From assembly GCF_040398665.1 (NCBI RefSeq), contig NZ_JBBATQ010000006.1, positions 104,665 through 168,664 on the forward strand: a stretch of 64,000 nucleotides of DNA, written 5' to 3'. How positions within the stretch are numbered: position 1 is the stretch's first letter; every line of letters begins with the position of its first letter. The translations under genes were made by a program, and so were the position numbers. A model generated the notes under the pieces. That model was not told where the DNA came from, searched no databases, and worked only from the letters and a program-made list of their open reading frames with translations. The DNA is from Sandarakinorhabdus sp. Its GTDB lineage: Bacteria > Pseudomonadota > Alphaproteobacteria > Sphingomonadales > Sphingomonadaceae. Positions 9,952 through 18,348 of the stretch are shown one piece after another.

Positions 9952-10703
9952 TGCATCATCAGCATGAACAGACCCATGGACAGCATCATCAGATTTTCCA
10001 GGAGCGACACAAAGCCCAGCGGCACATTGCTGCCGGCGCCGACGCAGGCGCAGGTCAGCGCACGCTTGTCGATATAGACCGCCTTGATCACCGAGGCCGC
10101 GCCGATGCCGCCGATGAACAGCGCCAGTCCGGACGCCAGCCAGACCAGTTGCCCAGACAGCATCAGCACGCCAGAAGTGGCTTCGGCCCAGGCATAGACA
10201 TAGGCATAAGGCAGCCAGGCGCGCGCCAACAGATCATAGCCGATGAACCCGGTGACAAAGCCTTCGATATCCTTCAGTTTCAGGAAGGCCAGCAAACACA
10301 TGGCCATGCCGACGAACCAGATGCCGGCTTCAATGGTGAACGGCGTGCCCCGCACCGCCATGCTGATCGCCAGCGACATCGCGGCCGCCATGGCGAACAG
10401 GGTGATCACCGGCCGATAGGTGAGCGCCTTGGGATCATGCACCGACAGGCCCAGCCAGCGCCGCAGATCATCATGGCCGCCCACACGCTGCCCGGCGATC
10501 CAGATCTGCGGGGTGGTCTTCACGCCCTGTTCGGCCTTGAACGCGTCGACCGCTTCGCGGCTGGTCAGCAGCACGTCGTCGACGTCATAGCCCTTGGATT
10601 GCAGCAGATGGCGCGCACGCAGGCCCCATGGGCAGACATGATCGGGCAGGGCCATGCGCACCAGGCGGGCCGTGCGGGGCAGTTGAGCATCCATCAGCGC
10701 CAT
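9948..10703 (-). CDS. Glutaredoxin-like domain fused to a MauE/DoxX-like 4-TM membrane domain
   Basis: N-terminal roughly 85 aa has a Grx pattern (VCPWG...TTPQIWIAGQRVGGHDDL). The C-terminal half is hydrophobic with a TCACVGAG motif. Its stop overlaps the copA start (ATGA). Confidence 0.7.
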   Translation of the reverse strand: MALMDAQLPRTARLVRMALPDHVCPWGLRARHLLQSKGYDVDDVLLTSREAVDAFKAEQGVKTTPQIWIAGQRVGGHDDLRRWLGLSVHDPKALTYRPVITLFAMAAAMSLAISMAVRGTPFTIEAGIWFVGMAMCLLAFLKLKDIEGFVTGFIGYDLLARAWLPYAYVYAWAEATSGVLMLSGQLVWLASGLALFIGGIGAASVIKAVYIDKRALTCACVGAGSNVPLGFVSLLENLMMLSMGLFMLMMQ

Positions 10704-10727
10704 CCTTTGCGTTCGGCGAGTCGCTGC

Positions 10728-10760
10728 CCTATAGCTTCCGTACCATGATACGGAGTCAAG
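10728..10760 (-). promoter_or_regulatory. MerR-family-type promoter/operator of the grx-mauE/copA/copB operon
   Basis: The minus strand reads TTGACT, then a 19-nt spacer, then CTATAG. The spacer contains the perfect dyad TCCGTA-N6-TACGGA (10737-10754). About 25 nt upstream of the ATG at 10703 and divergent from the regulator gene. Confidence 0.65.
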
Positions 10761-10762
10761 CC

Positions 10763-11173
10763 ATGGCAGCCCTTACCCCCACTTTGACGATCGCGCGTCT
10801 TGCCGCAGCCGGCGGAGTCGGCGTCGAAACAGTCCGCTTTTACCAACGCAAGGGGCTGATGCCGGTGCCCGCCAGCGCCGGCGCCGTGCGCCATTATGAT
10901 GAAACCGCCGTGCAGCGCCTGGGTTTCATTCGCTCGGCGCAGCGCGCCGGTTTCAGCCTGAAGGAAATTGCCGAACTTCTGGCCCTGGATGCCAGCAATG
11001 ATCGCGCCCGCGTCCAGGCGCTCACCCGCGCCCGCCTTGCGGCGCTCGATGCCGAAATGGCCGCGCTCGCCGCCGCCCGCGCGGCCCTGTCGGTCTTGCT
11101 GGATGAATGCACCAGCGGCCAGGACGGCCCCTGCCCGATCATCGCGACCTTCGCGGGCGCAGCCTGCCATTGA
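10763..11173 (+). CDS. MerR-family metal-responsive regulator, CueR-like metal loop
   Basis: HTH motif GVGVETVRFYQRKGLMP and C-terminal ECTSGQDGPCPII (C-x7-C-P-I-I). GGAG lies 7 nt upstream of the ATG at 10763. An alternative ATG at 10745 lies inside the dyad. Confidence 0.8.
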   Translation: MAALTPTLTIARLAAAGGVGVETVRFYQRKGLMPVPASAGAVRHYDETAVQRLGFIRSAQRAGFSLKEIAELLALDASNDRARVQALTRARLAALDAEMAALAAARAALSVLLDECTSGQDGPCPIIATFAGAACH

Positions 11174-11252
11174 ACATGGTCGCAAGGCGATCCTGTCAGC
11201 CGCGCGCCGGATCAAGCCACCCGGCTGGCCGATTGCAGCGCCAAGATTCGCC

Positions 11253-12410
11253 TCACCAGCCGCCGATTCGCGGCCATTGGCCGATCACCTCATTCTGTTC
11301 CAACACCATATAATGCGCATGCTGGGCCGCCGTGGCGCAGGCGTGGTTGGGCAGGATCCGCAGCTGCGATCCGATCGGAAACCGGTCAAGCGCCAGCCGA
11401 GCGCCCGGCGCGCGCGCACCGATGATGCCATGTTCCTGGTTGCATTCCTGCACGATCACATCGCCCAGCGGGCTGCCCATCACATCGCACACCAGGCCAT
11501 AGCCCTGATCCACCGCCTGCGATGCCGTGCCGCGATCGCGGGACAGCGCCATCCAGCCGGCATCGGTGATCAGCACGCCCTTTTCCGCCTGATGGCCGAT
11601 CACGGTGGCGAGCACGCTGAGCGCGATCTGGCCGGGTTCGGCCACCCCAAGCCCGGCCATCACCAGATCGAAGAAGGTGTAAACCCCCGCACGCACTTCG
11701 GTGACGCCGGCCAGATCAGCCTGCGCCAGCGCGGTTGGCGTTGACCCGATGGACACGGTTTCACAAGCGATGCCCGCCGCCCTGATACGGCTTGCCGCCC
11801 GCACGCAGCCAGAGGCTTCCTGCTGGGCAGCCGCCAGCCGCGCGGCGGCGGTGCTGCTGCCATAGGAGCCGCCAGCGTGGGTCATCACGCCGGCCAGATG
11901 CAGGGCCGGATCGCTGGCAATCAGGGTCGCCAGCGTGATCAGCGCGGCGGAATCCGGCCGGATGCCGGCCCGATGCCCGTCCACATCAATCTCGATCATC
12001 ACCGGCAGCACCACCGCTTCGGCCTGCGCGGCGGCGGCGATGGCCCGCGCCTGATCTGCATCATCCACCACCAGCGTCAGCCGCGCGCCGGCCTTCAACA
12101 GCCGCGCCGCCCGGGCGATCTTGGCGGGCACAATGCCAACCGCGTAGAGAATATCGTCAGCGCCATGGGCAAAGAAATGCTCGGCTTCGGCCAGGGTGGA
12201 AACCGTGATCCCGCCTGTGCCGCCGGCGGCGCACACATCATGCCAGACATCCACCGATTTGTGGGTTTTCACATGCGGGCGCAAACGGGCACCGCTGCGG
12301 CCGATCGCCTGCGCCATCAAGGCGATGTTGCGACGCATCTGATCGCGATCGAGCACCAGGGCTGGCGTCTGTATGTCGGCAAGCGTGAAGGGGCGATCAG
12401 TGTGGCTCAT
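11253..12410 (-). CDS. DSD1-family PLP enzyme (D-serine dehydratase / D-threonine aldolase-like, alanine-racemase N-terminal fold)
   Basis: 385 aa. TPALVLDRDQMRRNIALM...RLRPHVKTHKS contains the PLP-lysine context. 4-nt overlap with the upstream ridA-like gene. Confidence 0.7.
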   Translation of the reverse strand: MSHTDRPFTLADIQTPALVLDRDQMRRNIALMAQAIGRSGARLRPHVKTHKSVDVWHDVCAAGGTGGITVSTLAEAEHFFAHGADDILYAVGIVPAKIARAARLLKAGARLTLVVDDADQARAIAAAAQAEAVVLPVMIEIDVDGHRAGIRPDSAALITLATLIASDPALHLAGVMTHAGGSYGSSTAAARLAAAQQEASGCVRAASRIRAAGIACETVSIGSTPTALAQADLAGVTEVRAGVYTFFDLVMAGLGVAEPGQIALSVLATVIGHQAEKGVLITDAGWMALSRDRGTASQAVDQGYGLVCDVMGSPLGDVIVQECNQEHGIIGARAPGARLALDRFPIGSQLRILPNHACATAAQHAHYMVLEQNEVIGQWPRIGGW

Positions 12411-12781
12411 GCCGCAGCAATCCCGTCAATTTCCACCAGAAAACCATGGTGGAGTTCCGGCACCGGAATCACCGCCCGGGCCGGGCGATGCTTGCCCAGT
12501 CGCTGGGCATAGATGGCATCGAATTCCGGCCAATGTTCGATCCCGACCACATAGACATTCACTTTCAGCAGACGTTCCGGCGCGGATCCGGCCGCCTTCA
12601 GCACCGCCAGCAGATTGTCGATGGCGCAGCCGGCCTGGGCTGCAAAACTGGCCTGGTTCAGCCGGCCATCGATGGGATGGATTGGCAACTGGCCTGAAAT
12701 GAAGACCAGGCCGCCGGCCGATGTCGCATGGGAATAATGGCCGCCGGGCGGGGCATTTTCCGGCACCTCGATGTTCATCAT
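12407..12781 (-). CDS. ridA: RidA/YjgF family reactive-intermediate deaminase
   Basis: 124 aa with PPGGHYSHATSAGGLVFISGQLPI...RPARAVIPVPELHHGFLVEID, typical of YjgF/RidA. Confidence 0.8.
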   Translation of the reverse strand: MMNIEVPENAPPGGHYSHATSAGGLVFISGQLPIHPIDGRLNQASFAAQAGCAIDNLLAVLKAAGSAPERLLKVNVYVVGIEHWPEFDAIYAQRLGKHRPARAVIPVPELHHGFLVEIDGIAAA

Positions 12782-12893
12782 GCTGATGTGCTCATTTCTT
12801 CGGGGTCAATTGCGATCATCGCAGAGCCAACGGGCCATGCACAAGGGCTGCGGCCTCGGAAAATCGGCCGGCCATGTGTGACGGTGCCGGTCC

Positions 12894-15662
12894 CTACCCG
12901 AACGCACCAAAATGATTGGCAATCGCGATGCCGATCAGCGGCAGCAGCCTGGCCGCTTCCGCGATCGGCCCGATGAAGCGGCGCTGGATCCCGGCATAGG
13001 CCTGGGGGTCGCCATCCGGCCAGTCGCTGGGCTCATTCATGCGATAATCATCCAGATCGGGCGCCGTCACCGGAAAGGCCCGGCGCAATTGCGCCAGCGC
13101 TTCATCGGTGCGCAGCGACAGGATCATGTCCAGCACATCGTCGCGGCTGATATCGTTGCTGCGCGAGAAGGCCGGCATGTCGACAGCGCGCAGGAACAGA
13201 TGCTGCATCAGCGCCAGACGCAGCGCGTGCAACACCCCCAGCGTGCGGCGGGTGGCTTCGCCTGCTGGATCGGCGGAGGGAGCGGGCAGATGGTCGAGCA
13301 ACTGGCGCAGCTTGATATTGTCCACCCGCAATTGCGAGGCGAGCCGGCGGAACTGGCCGGAGCGGTCATCTTCGATCAGCCGTTCGGCCAGCGCCAGGCA
13401 GGGCCGCGCCAGATGATCTTCGGTGCCGCGATAGGGCCGCGTCGCCCAATAGGCGCTGTTGAACAGCTCGCCATAAGCCGCCAGCGTCTTGATGCTGGCC
13501 AGCGCATTGGCTGCCCCGACCAGGCCCAATATCTGCCGGCCGCGCGCCGATCCGGCCAGCAGCGCCGCCAGCGCCTCGCGCGCTTCGCCGGCGGCGGTGC
13601 CAACGCCGGCCAGCACATTGGCCGGATAACCGAGTTGTTGCAGCACGGCATTGTGCGGGATGGCGCGGATCTGGCGCAAGTTCGCTTCACGGTCGCTGCC
13701 GATGTCGGATTGGCGCTTTAGCCGGCGTGATCCGGTGACCGGCAGCAAGCCCAGACCAAAGGCGGTGATGGCGCGGGCATAGGGCCGGGTTTCGAACAGC
13801 CGGCGCTGGTGGCGGCGGATCATGCGGTAATAATCGAGGGACAGATCGGTGCGGGTGTAGAAGGCGTCGCCCGCGCCATCGTCGGCCAGCCCCGGCCACA
13901 GCGCAGCGATGCGCGCCAGTGTCGCCAGCGCCAACGCATCATGGCCGAAGAACAGGAAGCCATCGCCGCCCTGAAAACTGGCTTCGGCCTCGATGCGGAT
14001 GTGGCGATCCGCGAACTGCCCGCGCGCCCAGCGGCTGAGTGGCCAGGCCAGGCGATCGCCGAAATCCACCGGATGCGCGCCGCGGCCCATCGATTCGCCG
14101 TGGGTGTTGAAGATCAGCGCCGCGACATCGCCAAGCTGGTTGGCGGCCATGGCGCGCGCCAGCCGGCCCTGCAACCGTTCGATGGCCAGCGCCGCCGGGA
14201 TCTGGCCGACGAAGCGCCCGGCATCGGAAAATCCGGTCTGGATCGCCACGCGGCCGCGGCGGCGAGCATGGGCAACATAGGCCGGCTCCGCCAGCAGCGC
14301 ATCGAGGAAGCGCCCACCATGTTCCAGCGCGGTTTCGGTTTCGAACAGCGGCGACACATCGACATGGCTGTCGATCCCGAACAGCTTCGCGAAATACAGC
14401 GCCGACAGCACGGTTTGCGGCTGTTCGCATTCGGCAATCAGCAGGCGGATCGGCGTGTCGGCATCGATGTGACGCAGAATCGCCGCCATGGCGAGGAACT
14501 GCCGCACGGCCGTGGTGCTCTCCACCGCCAATGCGGCGAAATTGCTGCGCAGCGGCTGCACTTCGTTCAGCAACATGCGCAGGCGCAGCAGCGCCTGGCC
14601 GCTGGCCATGTCGAGATTGCCATCCGGATCGATGCGGCGGCGGATGGCATTGTGCAGTTGCGCGGCGTTCACGCGGAAATGGATGGCGCCCATGCCCAGG
14701 CCATCGGCGGCCATGGCCGCCGCCAGCACAAGGCGCGGCGCGGCCAGATCGACGGGCAGCACGGCGGCGGCGGCACGCAGATCAGCGATGACGCCGGACA
14801 GGCTGGTCAGGCTGTCGGCATCCGGCGCGGTAATCTGGTTGGCGATGGCCGACAGGGCCGCCGGCGTGTCGGTATCGCCGGCCAGCAGCGCCGCCATGGT
14901 CGCGGCATGGCGGCAGGCGCGGCGCAACCGGCCGGCCAGGCCCGCCTCGCCTGCGGCGCTGGCCGTATCGGCATGGAGCGCCAGCCGCCGGGCCTTTTCA
15001 TTGAAGCGAAAGCGCAAGCTGGTTGCCCAGCCGATATCGGTGCGGCCATCCATGTCATAACCGACCCAGGTTGCCAGCCGGAACAGGCACGGGGTCAGCG
15101 CCTGCCAGTCGTCGGGATAATGCGTGGCAGCGACATCGAGCACGACGGCATGGAGCCGTTCGCGCGCCGCCTGGGCACGGGCAAGCGCGGCCATGGCTTC
15201 TTCATGTTCATCGGCCAGGCTGGGCGATGGCCGATCAGGCCGCGGTGCGATGACGACCGGCGCGCCAGAGACCGCAGCTTCGGCGACGGCGGCATATTCG
15301 TTCGGAGTGAGCAGAAAGGTCGGGTGGGCGGTGAACACCACATGCAGCAGCGGCTGCGACCAGCGCATCGCGAAGCCTGCGAAATCACTGCCCTGCGCCG
15401 ATGCCACCACCGCGGCGCGAAAGGCGGCAATATTCTCGTCCTCTTCCAATGGCCCGATCAGCCGCGCCAGCCGATCAGCGCGCGCCTGCAAGCCATCGCG
15501 GCCCAGCTCGGCAATCGCTTCGCTCAGGCCCGCCAGCGTGATCTCGCCCTTTTCCAACTGCCGAGAGATTTCCAGCCCGAGCTGGAACACCGGGTTGAAC
15601 AACGGGGTTTCCGCCGTGCGGGCATGAAGTTCATTCATGCGCTGGCGACAGGCTTCGATCAT
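12894..15662 (-). CDS. ppc: Phosphoenolpyruvate carboxylase
   Basis: VFTAHPT motif, GFSDAGRFVG (GYSDS-type) and NTHGESMGRGAHP (FHGRGG-type). 922 aa when started at MIEACRQRMNELH. The upstream 317 codons of the 1239-aa ORF are Arg/Pro/Ala junk overlapping a plus-strand gene. Confidence 0.85.
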   Translation of the reverse strand: MIEACRQRMNELHARTAETPLFNPVFQLGLEISRQLEKGEITLAGLSEAIAELGRDGLQARADRLARLIGPLEEDENIAAFRAAVVASAQGSDFAGFAMRWSQPLLHVVFTAHPTFLLTPNEYAAVAEAAVSGAPVVIAPRPDRPSPSLADEHEEAMAALARAQAARERLHAVVLDVAATHYPDDWQALTPCLFRLATWVGYDMDGRTDIGWATSLRFRFNEKARRLALHADTASAAGEAGLAGRLRRACRHAATMAALLAGDTDTPAALSAIANQITAPDADSLTSLSGVIADLRAAAAVLPVDLAAPRLVLAAAMAADGLGMGAIHFRVNAAQLHNAIRRRIDPDGNLDMASGQALLRLRMLLNEVQPLRSNFAALAVESTTAVRQFLAMAAILRHIDADTPIRLLIAECEQPQTVLSALYFAKLFGIDSHVDVSPLFETETALEHGGRFLDALLAEPAYVAHARRRGRVAIQTGFSDAGRFVGQIPAALAIERLQGRLARAMAANQLGDVAALIFNTHGESMGRGAHPVDFGDRLAWPLSRWARGQFADRHIRIEAEASFQGGDGFLFFGHDALALATLARIAALWPGLADDGAGDAFYTRTDLSLDYYRMIRRHQRRLFETRPYARAITAFGLGLLPVTGSRRLKRQSDIGSDREANLRQIRAIPHNAVLQQLGYPANVLAGVGTAAGEAREALAALLAGSARGRQILGLVGAANALASIKTLAAYGELFNSAYWATRPYRGTEDHLARPCLALAERLIEDDRSGQFRRLASQLRVDNIKLRQLLDHLPAPSADPAGEATRRTLGVLHALRLALMQHLFLRAVDMPAFSRSNDISRDDVLDMILSLRTDEALAQLRRAFPVTAPDLDDYRMNEPSDWPDGDPQAYAGIQRRFIGPIAEAARLLPLIGIAIANHFGAFG

Positions 15663-15772
15663 GATTTTATCCCCTTCTGCCGCCAATCTCGCTTGGGCCG
15701 CGCGGCAGGGCAAGCCGCTTGTGCAGCGGTGGCGCGCCCCCCCCTTGCGATCGCCGCCAAAGCGCGGGATGA

Positions 15773-16972
15773 ATGGGTGTGACCCTGATATCCCGCGCCA
15801 CCTGGCACGATGTTGCCGCGCTGACGCTGCTGCCGATGCGCCGGCCGCTGATCCTGGCGGCGTTGGCCTTTGGCGGCGTGCTGCTGTGGTGGGTGGCGGC
15901 GGCGGACGAGCCAGCCCCGCTGGCCCTGCATGCCGGCGCGATTTATGCGGCGGTCGCGCTGCTTGCGGCGATGGCCGGCCATGAAGGCCAATACACGCCG
16001 CAGGCGGCCGGCCTGCGGCAATTCTGGGCGGCGTTGCTGCGCACGGCGCTGCTTTTGGTGCTGGTGCATGGGGTGGCGCGGGCCTTGGGGATGCCGGCCT
16101 TGCCCCACCCGGTTTCGACGACACTGGCCCTGGCGGCCACGGCGCTGTTCTTCGCCGGGCTTGCGGCCGTCTGGCCCTTGCTGCCCGGCAGCCCCAGCAA
16201 TGAAAGCTGGGTGCGCATCGGGCTGGCGCTGCTAATCGTGTTGGGCGTCGATTTCGGCAACCTGGAGCTCGGCAAGCCGATCCTGCTGGCCCTGTCTCCC
16301 GGCCATTGGGCGCAGGCGGCCATCCAGACGGCGGTGACCGGCACCGGCACGCGCGCTGCCGCAGCCACGTTGCTGGCGCTGGCCGGGGTGGGCGGCCTGG
16401 CGTTGCTGGCGGCCTGCTTGCCGACGCGGCGCTGGCCGCCGTGGCTGCTGGGTGCCGGTTGGCTGGGGCTGGCCGGGCTGGTGTGGCAGCAGCCGGCCCC
16501 GCCATTGCCGCGTGCCGACATGGGCGCGAACTACACCGTGCAGGCCCTGCAGCAGCTTTCGGCGCGCGACCCCAGCATTGCCCCGATCGCCACCAGCACA
16601 CCCGATGCGGCACTGGCCAGCGCGCTCACCCGCGTGCAGCGCCAGATCAAGACCTGGCCGCCGGCGGCCGACCCTGATCCGCAGCAACGCGCCCGCAACC
16701 TGTTGCTGATCGCGGCGGTGCCCGACCTTTACGATACCGAACCGCTGCAATCGCATCTGCCGATCTTGGTGCAGTCAGAGTTGCGCGCGCGCATCCCGGC
16801 AGCGCAACTGCCCGGCCTATTGGCGGCGAGCGCCGCGCACCCCGAACAGGGCAGCATGGCGGCGCGCGAAACGCTGCCGAAACTGGGCCTGCCCGCCAAC
16901 ACCGGAGACGAAGCCGCCGTACGCAAGCGGGTGGCGCTTTATGCTGCAAAACTGGGGGACGCATCACCATGA
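15773..16972 (+). CDS. Polytopic membrane protein with C-terminal soluble region, function unknown
   Basis: 399 aa with several hydrophobic helices and strongly G/C-biased third positions. Its stop overlaps the next start (ATGA at 16969-16972). Confidence 0.6.
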   Translation: MGVTLISRATWHDVAALTLLPMRRPLILAALAFGGVLLWWVAAADEPAPLALHAGAIYAAVALLAAMAGHEGQYTPQAAGLRQFWAALLRTALLLVLVHGVARALGMPALPHPVSTTLALAATALFFAGLAAVWPLLPGSPSNESWVRIGLALLIVLGVDFGNLELGKPILLALSPGHWAQAAIQTAVTGTGTRAAAATLLALAGVGGLALLAACLPTRRWPPWLLGAGWLGLAGLVWQQPAPPLPRADMGANYTVQALQQLSARDPSIAPIATSTPDAALASALTRVQRQIKTWPPAADPDPQQRARNLLLIAAVPDLYDTEPLQSHLPILVQSELRARIPAAQLPGLLAASAAHPEQGSMAARETLPKLGLPANTGDEAAVRKRVALYAAKLGDASP

Positions 16973-17550
16973 CAGCCCAAACCACGGCCATCGCCCTGTT
17001 GCTGGCGCTCGGCAACATGCCGGCCTTCGCCCAGCAAGCAGCGCCCTTCGTGCCCAGCGGGTTCACGGCACCGGTGCTGGTGAAGGGCGCCGGCTTTGAA
17101 CTGGTGCCGCTCGGCCCGGCGTTGGTGAAGATCGATTATGATGCCTACATGTCGTCCATCGCGCATCTGCAAACGACGTTCACCCGCAGCAAGGATTGGC
17201 CGCATGCCGGCCTGACCGCTGCCGATGCGATGAAGGATATGGAGGGCGAGGCCGGGCGGTTCCAGCAGCGCCAGTCCTTTGCCTATGCGGTGCTCACCCC
17301 GGATGGCCGGCGCGAGCGCGGCAGCGTGTATGTGTCGCCCAGCCGCGTGGCCGGTTATGATGCGGTGGTCAGACTGTGGGTGACCAAGGCCGAATATGAT
17401 GCGGGCTTTGACGCAGAGCTTTATGCGTGGGTGACGGGCTGGGTGCGCAAGGAGTGGCCGTTCGCCAAGGTCGCCTATCCGGGGCGCGCGATTCCGTGGG
17501 CCGAGTGGGATGCGCTGGTGGCGGCGAGCAAGGCGGCGGGGCCAAACTAG
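16969..17550 (+). CDS. Exported protein of a family usually annotated as GNAT-like acetyltransferase
   Basis: Signal peptide MTAQTTAIALLLALGNMPAFAQQ. The pattern PLGP..DYDAYMSSI.HL...WP...L....DM...F..R..FAY.VL...E.GSVYV.P is recalled from GNAT-annotated proteins. Not verified. Confidence 0.5.
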   Translation: MTAQTTAIALLLALGNMPAFAQQAAPFVPSGFTAPVLVKGAGFELVPLGPALVKIDYDAYMSSIAHLQTTFTRSKDWPHAGLTAADAMKDMEGEAGRFQQRQSFAYAVLTPDGRRERGSVYVSPSRVAGYDAVVRLWVTKAEYDAGFDAELYAWVTGWVRKEWPFAKVAYPGRAIPWAEWDALVAASKAAGPN

Positions 17551-17562
17551 GCCGCTTGGCGT

Positions 17563-18327
17563 TCAGCCCTGCAACAGCACCGTCAGCCCCGGCGGCAGCG
17601 GATCGGGCACGGCGTCCAGCCGCTGCGCATCGCGGCGAGCACGGTCGATGATGGCAGGGGCAACGTCGCCCGCCACCACCAGCACATCGCAGCGGGCAAG
17701 CAGATTGAGTTGATTGAGCGTCAACTCGCCGGGATCGGCGCTGGTCACGTGGATGGTGGCAAGCTGCGGCGTCGCGCCCGAATCGCCAGCGATCACCTGC
17801 GCCACGGCGGTGGCGGGATCGGACAGCGCGGCGAAGGGATCGAGCGGCGCGAACTCGGCCAGGGCGCGTTCCCACAGGCGGCGGCGGTCCGATGGCGTCT
17901 TGTGGCGGGCGTTCACCACCTCGCGGGACGCACGGATCGCGGCCGCAAGCGGCCCGAGGCTGGCGGGCAGCAGCGCCTCCAGCCGGGTGCGCAAGGCGCG
18001 CGACAGGCTGGCCGACGCACCGCCAGTGGAGACCGCCACCAGCACCGGCGAGCGATCGATGATGGCGCCCATCAGAAAATCCGACAGCGCCGGCTTGTCC
18101 ACCACATTCACCAGCAGGCCGCGTGCGCGCAAGCGGGTGGCGGCGGCACTTGCGTCGTCATCGTCATCCAGCGCGACGAAGGCCAGAGCCGCCTCAGGCG
18201 CGTCCTCGCCCACGATCACCCCGCCAGCCGCCAGGATCAGCCGGGCCTTGGCGTCGGCCGGCTCGCCGTCGCCGATCAATATGACCGGACGACCGCTGAG
18301 CGTGAGGAAGATCGGCAATTGCTGCAT
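17563..18327 (-). CDS. Precorrin-2 dehydrogenase / sirohydrochlorin ferrochelatase (CysG N-terminal type) with a truncated, degenerate methylase stub
   Basis: MQQLPIFLTLSGRPVILIGDGEPADAKARLILAAGG is a Rossmann motif and VNVVDKPALSDF...VLVAVSTGGASASLSRALRTRLE is typical of the family. The C-terminal IHVTSADPGELTLNQL...DVLVV resembles the first ~55 aa of a SUMT domain. Confidence 0.7.
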   Translation of the reverse strand: MQQLPIFLTLSGRPVILIGDGEPADAKARLILAAGGVIVGEDAPEAALAFVALDDDDDASAAATRLRARGLLVNVVDKPALSDFLMGAIIDRSPVLVAVSTGGASASLSRALRTRLEALLPASLGPLAAAIRASREVVNARHKTPSDRRRLWERALAEFAPLDPFAALSDPATAVAQVIAGDSGATPQLATIHVTSADPGELTLNQLNLLARCDVLVVAGDVAPAIIDRARRDAQRLDAVPDPLPPGLTVLLQG

Positions 18328-18348
18328 GGCCGTGCTGTGGCTGGCAGA

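Noticed and set aside
12894-16613. 1239-aa ORF suggesting a giant protein
   Set aside because: Only the C-terminal 922 codons (from MIEACRQ at 15662) look like PEP carboxylase. The upstream 317 codons are Arg/Pro/Ala-rich low-complexity read-through. They overlap a plus-strand gene (15773-16972) that has strong GC3 bias and hydrophobic helices.
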